Positions 62,604 to 64,000 of a stretch of DNA of 64,000 nt are shown piece by piece. A model generated the notes under the pieces. The model ran no database searches, was not told where the DNA came from, and saw only the letters and a program-made list of their open reading frames with translations. Both the position numbers and the translations under genes were made by a program. Within the stretch, counting starts at the first letter, position 1. Every line of letters starts with the position of its first letter. The stretch is taken from assembly GCF_036321535.1 (NCBI RefSeq), contig NC_087458.1:3782001-3846000 (forward strand), written 5' to 3'. Origin of the DNA: Camelus dromedarius. Lineage: Eukaryota.

Positions 62604-62798
62604 GACTACTGCAAGCCCTTGCCTCTCCCCTCTTGCCTTTGTCTCTTCAGTCCTTTTCCTTATTCTGCTTCCCACCCCAGTCCCATTGTGTGTGCGATCT
62701 CGGAACTGTGCCAAGCTGACACTGGGACCAAGGGAGAACACCTTGCTCCCTTCCCCAGTCAGCCTGGTGCTGCCCTTTATTCCCCTTATGTGAATATG

Positions 62799-62804
62799 AT
62801 TAAA
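62799..62804 (+). terminator. PRPF3: PRPF3 candidate poly(A) signal ATTAAA
   Basis: ~195 nt after the stop, followed by a GT/T-rich tract (ttggtgtggtattttt). Confidence 0.65.
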
Positions 62805-64000
62805 GAGTTATTTTTAAAGTTGGTGTGGTATTTTTCACACACTCATAGGTATTGGAGTTTGGGTCTTCAGGGGATCTTTTCTCCAGACTTCTAGCAATTG
62901 CCATGGAAAAAGAAAATGTTGTCGTTGATATTTATGTATATATAAATGGATGAATGAATGGACATGGGTGGATGATTGGATAATGGAAATTTCTGACCTC
63001 ATCTTAGAGCAAGAGTGATAAATACTGTTTTCCTGGAGCAGAGTGAGGCAGGAAGAGGTGTTAAGTGGAAAAGGAAAGGGGGAAAAAATGAATGTCCGTC
63101 TCTTAACCTTCAATAGATAGTCACAAAGTAGACAGATTACTTCTGGTCTTGGCTGAGTATTCTTAACCAGAAATCAGTTCCTCAGATGGGTGCATATATG
63201 AGAATGTGTGTTGGAGAAATGGACACAGAGGGAGAGCCCAAGGAGAATGTTACGAGTCGGTTTGTAAAATGGAATAGGGTTTGGGAATTCAGCATATTTC
63301 TTCTCTTTTCTAAAAGACAACATGTAGTTTTATCCCCCCCACCCATAAGAATCTGACAAGGTGCAGTTCTGTTTAATGTTTATGGTTTGATTTTAGGAGT
63401 ATCTGAGTCAAATTAAGTATCCATTGAAGTTCAAAATTCTTACCATAATATTCTTCCATTTCATGTTGCCTGTTGAGGACCTACTGGGAATGGATTGAAC
63501 ACAGGAGCCATTAGAGACCCTTCCTGCTAATAGGAGCTTACAAGGAAGTCGTGTTGGAGAATGATACTTGACCAGAAGTTAAAACATTCTGTATTACAAG
63601 ATTAACCTTTTTTTAAAAGTTACATGTCTCAGGCCCTAGTTAGAGTTCCAATTTTAAGGCAATATTAGCACTAAGATTTAAAAAAAGGTTGAAAGAGACA
63701 AGGAACTGCAAAAGACCTTAAGGAAAAACTAGTACAACCTCCTTTTTTAGAGATAAGCAAACCCAGACAGATGAGGTTACTAATCCCTAGAGCAGGATGA
63801 AATCTGAAAAGAAGCCTATATATGTGAGACTTGGGAGGTAGAGAATTGAACTTGTTTTTCATATTATTGGATTCAAGCAAATCCAGGGGAAAAACTCACT
63901 GAAACAAGTTCAATGGTTTATTACAAATATGTGTATAAATAACTTAAACACAACTTCAAAAATGTATTATTTGCACAAAATCTAAAAGGACTATTAATAC

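Overview
Mammalian genomic DNA. It is probably camelid, judging from tRNA-derived SINEs of the vic-1 type and the absence of Alu, B1, Bov-tA and PRE1. It is syntenic with human 1q21.2. Six intron-containing genes can be rebuilt exon by exon: CA14 (+, 336 aa), APH1A (-, 265/247 aa isoforms), C1orf54 (+, 131/132 aa), CIART/CHRONO (+, 385 aa), MRPS21 (+, 87 aa) and PRPF3 (+, 683 aa). Also present are four CpG-rich promoters, a retroposed U6 pseudogene with target-site duplications, and L1, L2, MIR, MER5A, MER58, MER3-like and LTR relics. Three observations stand out. (1) All six N-runs have lengths of 4 mod 8, and five of them cover coding exons. They look like similarity-driven masking, so the sixth (PRPF3 intron 3) may hide a conserved non-coding element; its visible flanks fit a poison exon. 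(2) A diverged, colinear ~460-bp duplication is shared by PRPF3 introns 12 and 15. (3) The orphan C1orf54 protein has the layout of a secreted or GPI-anchored, tyrosine-sulfated glycoprotein. I see no clearly novel multi-gene system. Orthologue comparisons and repeat-family names come from recalled sequences, not from database searches.
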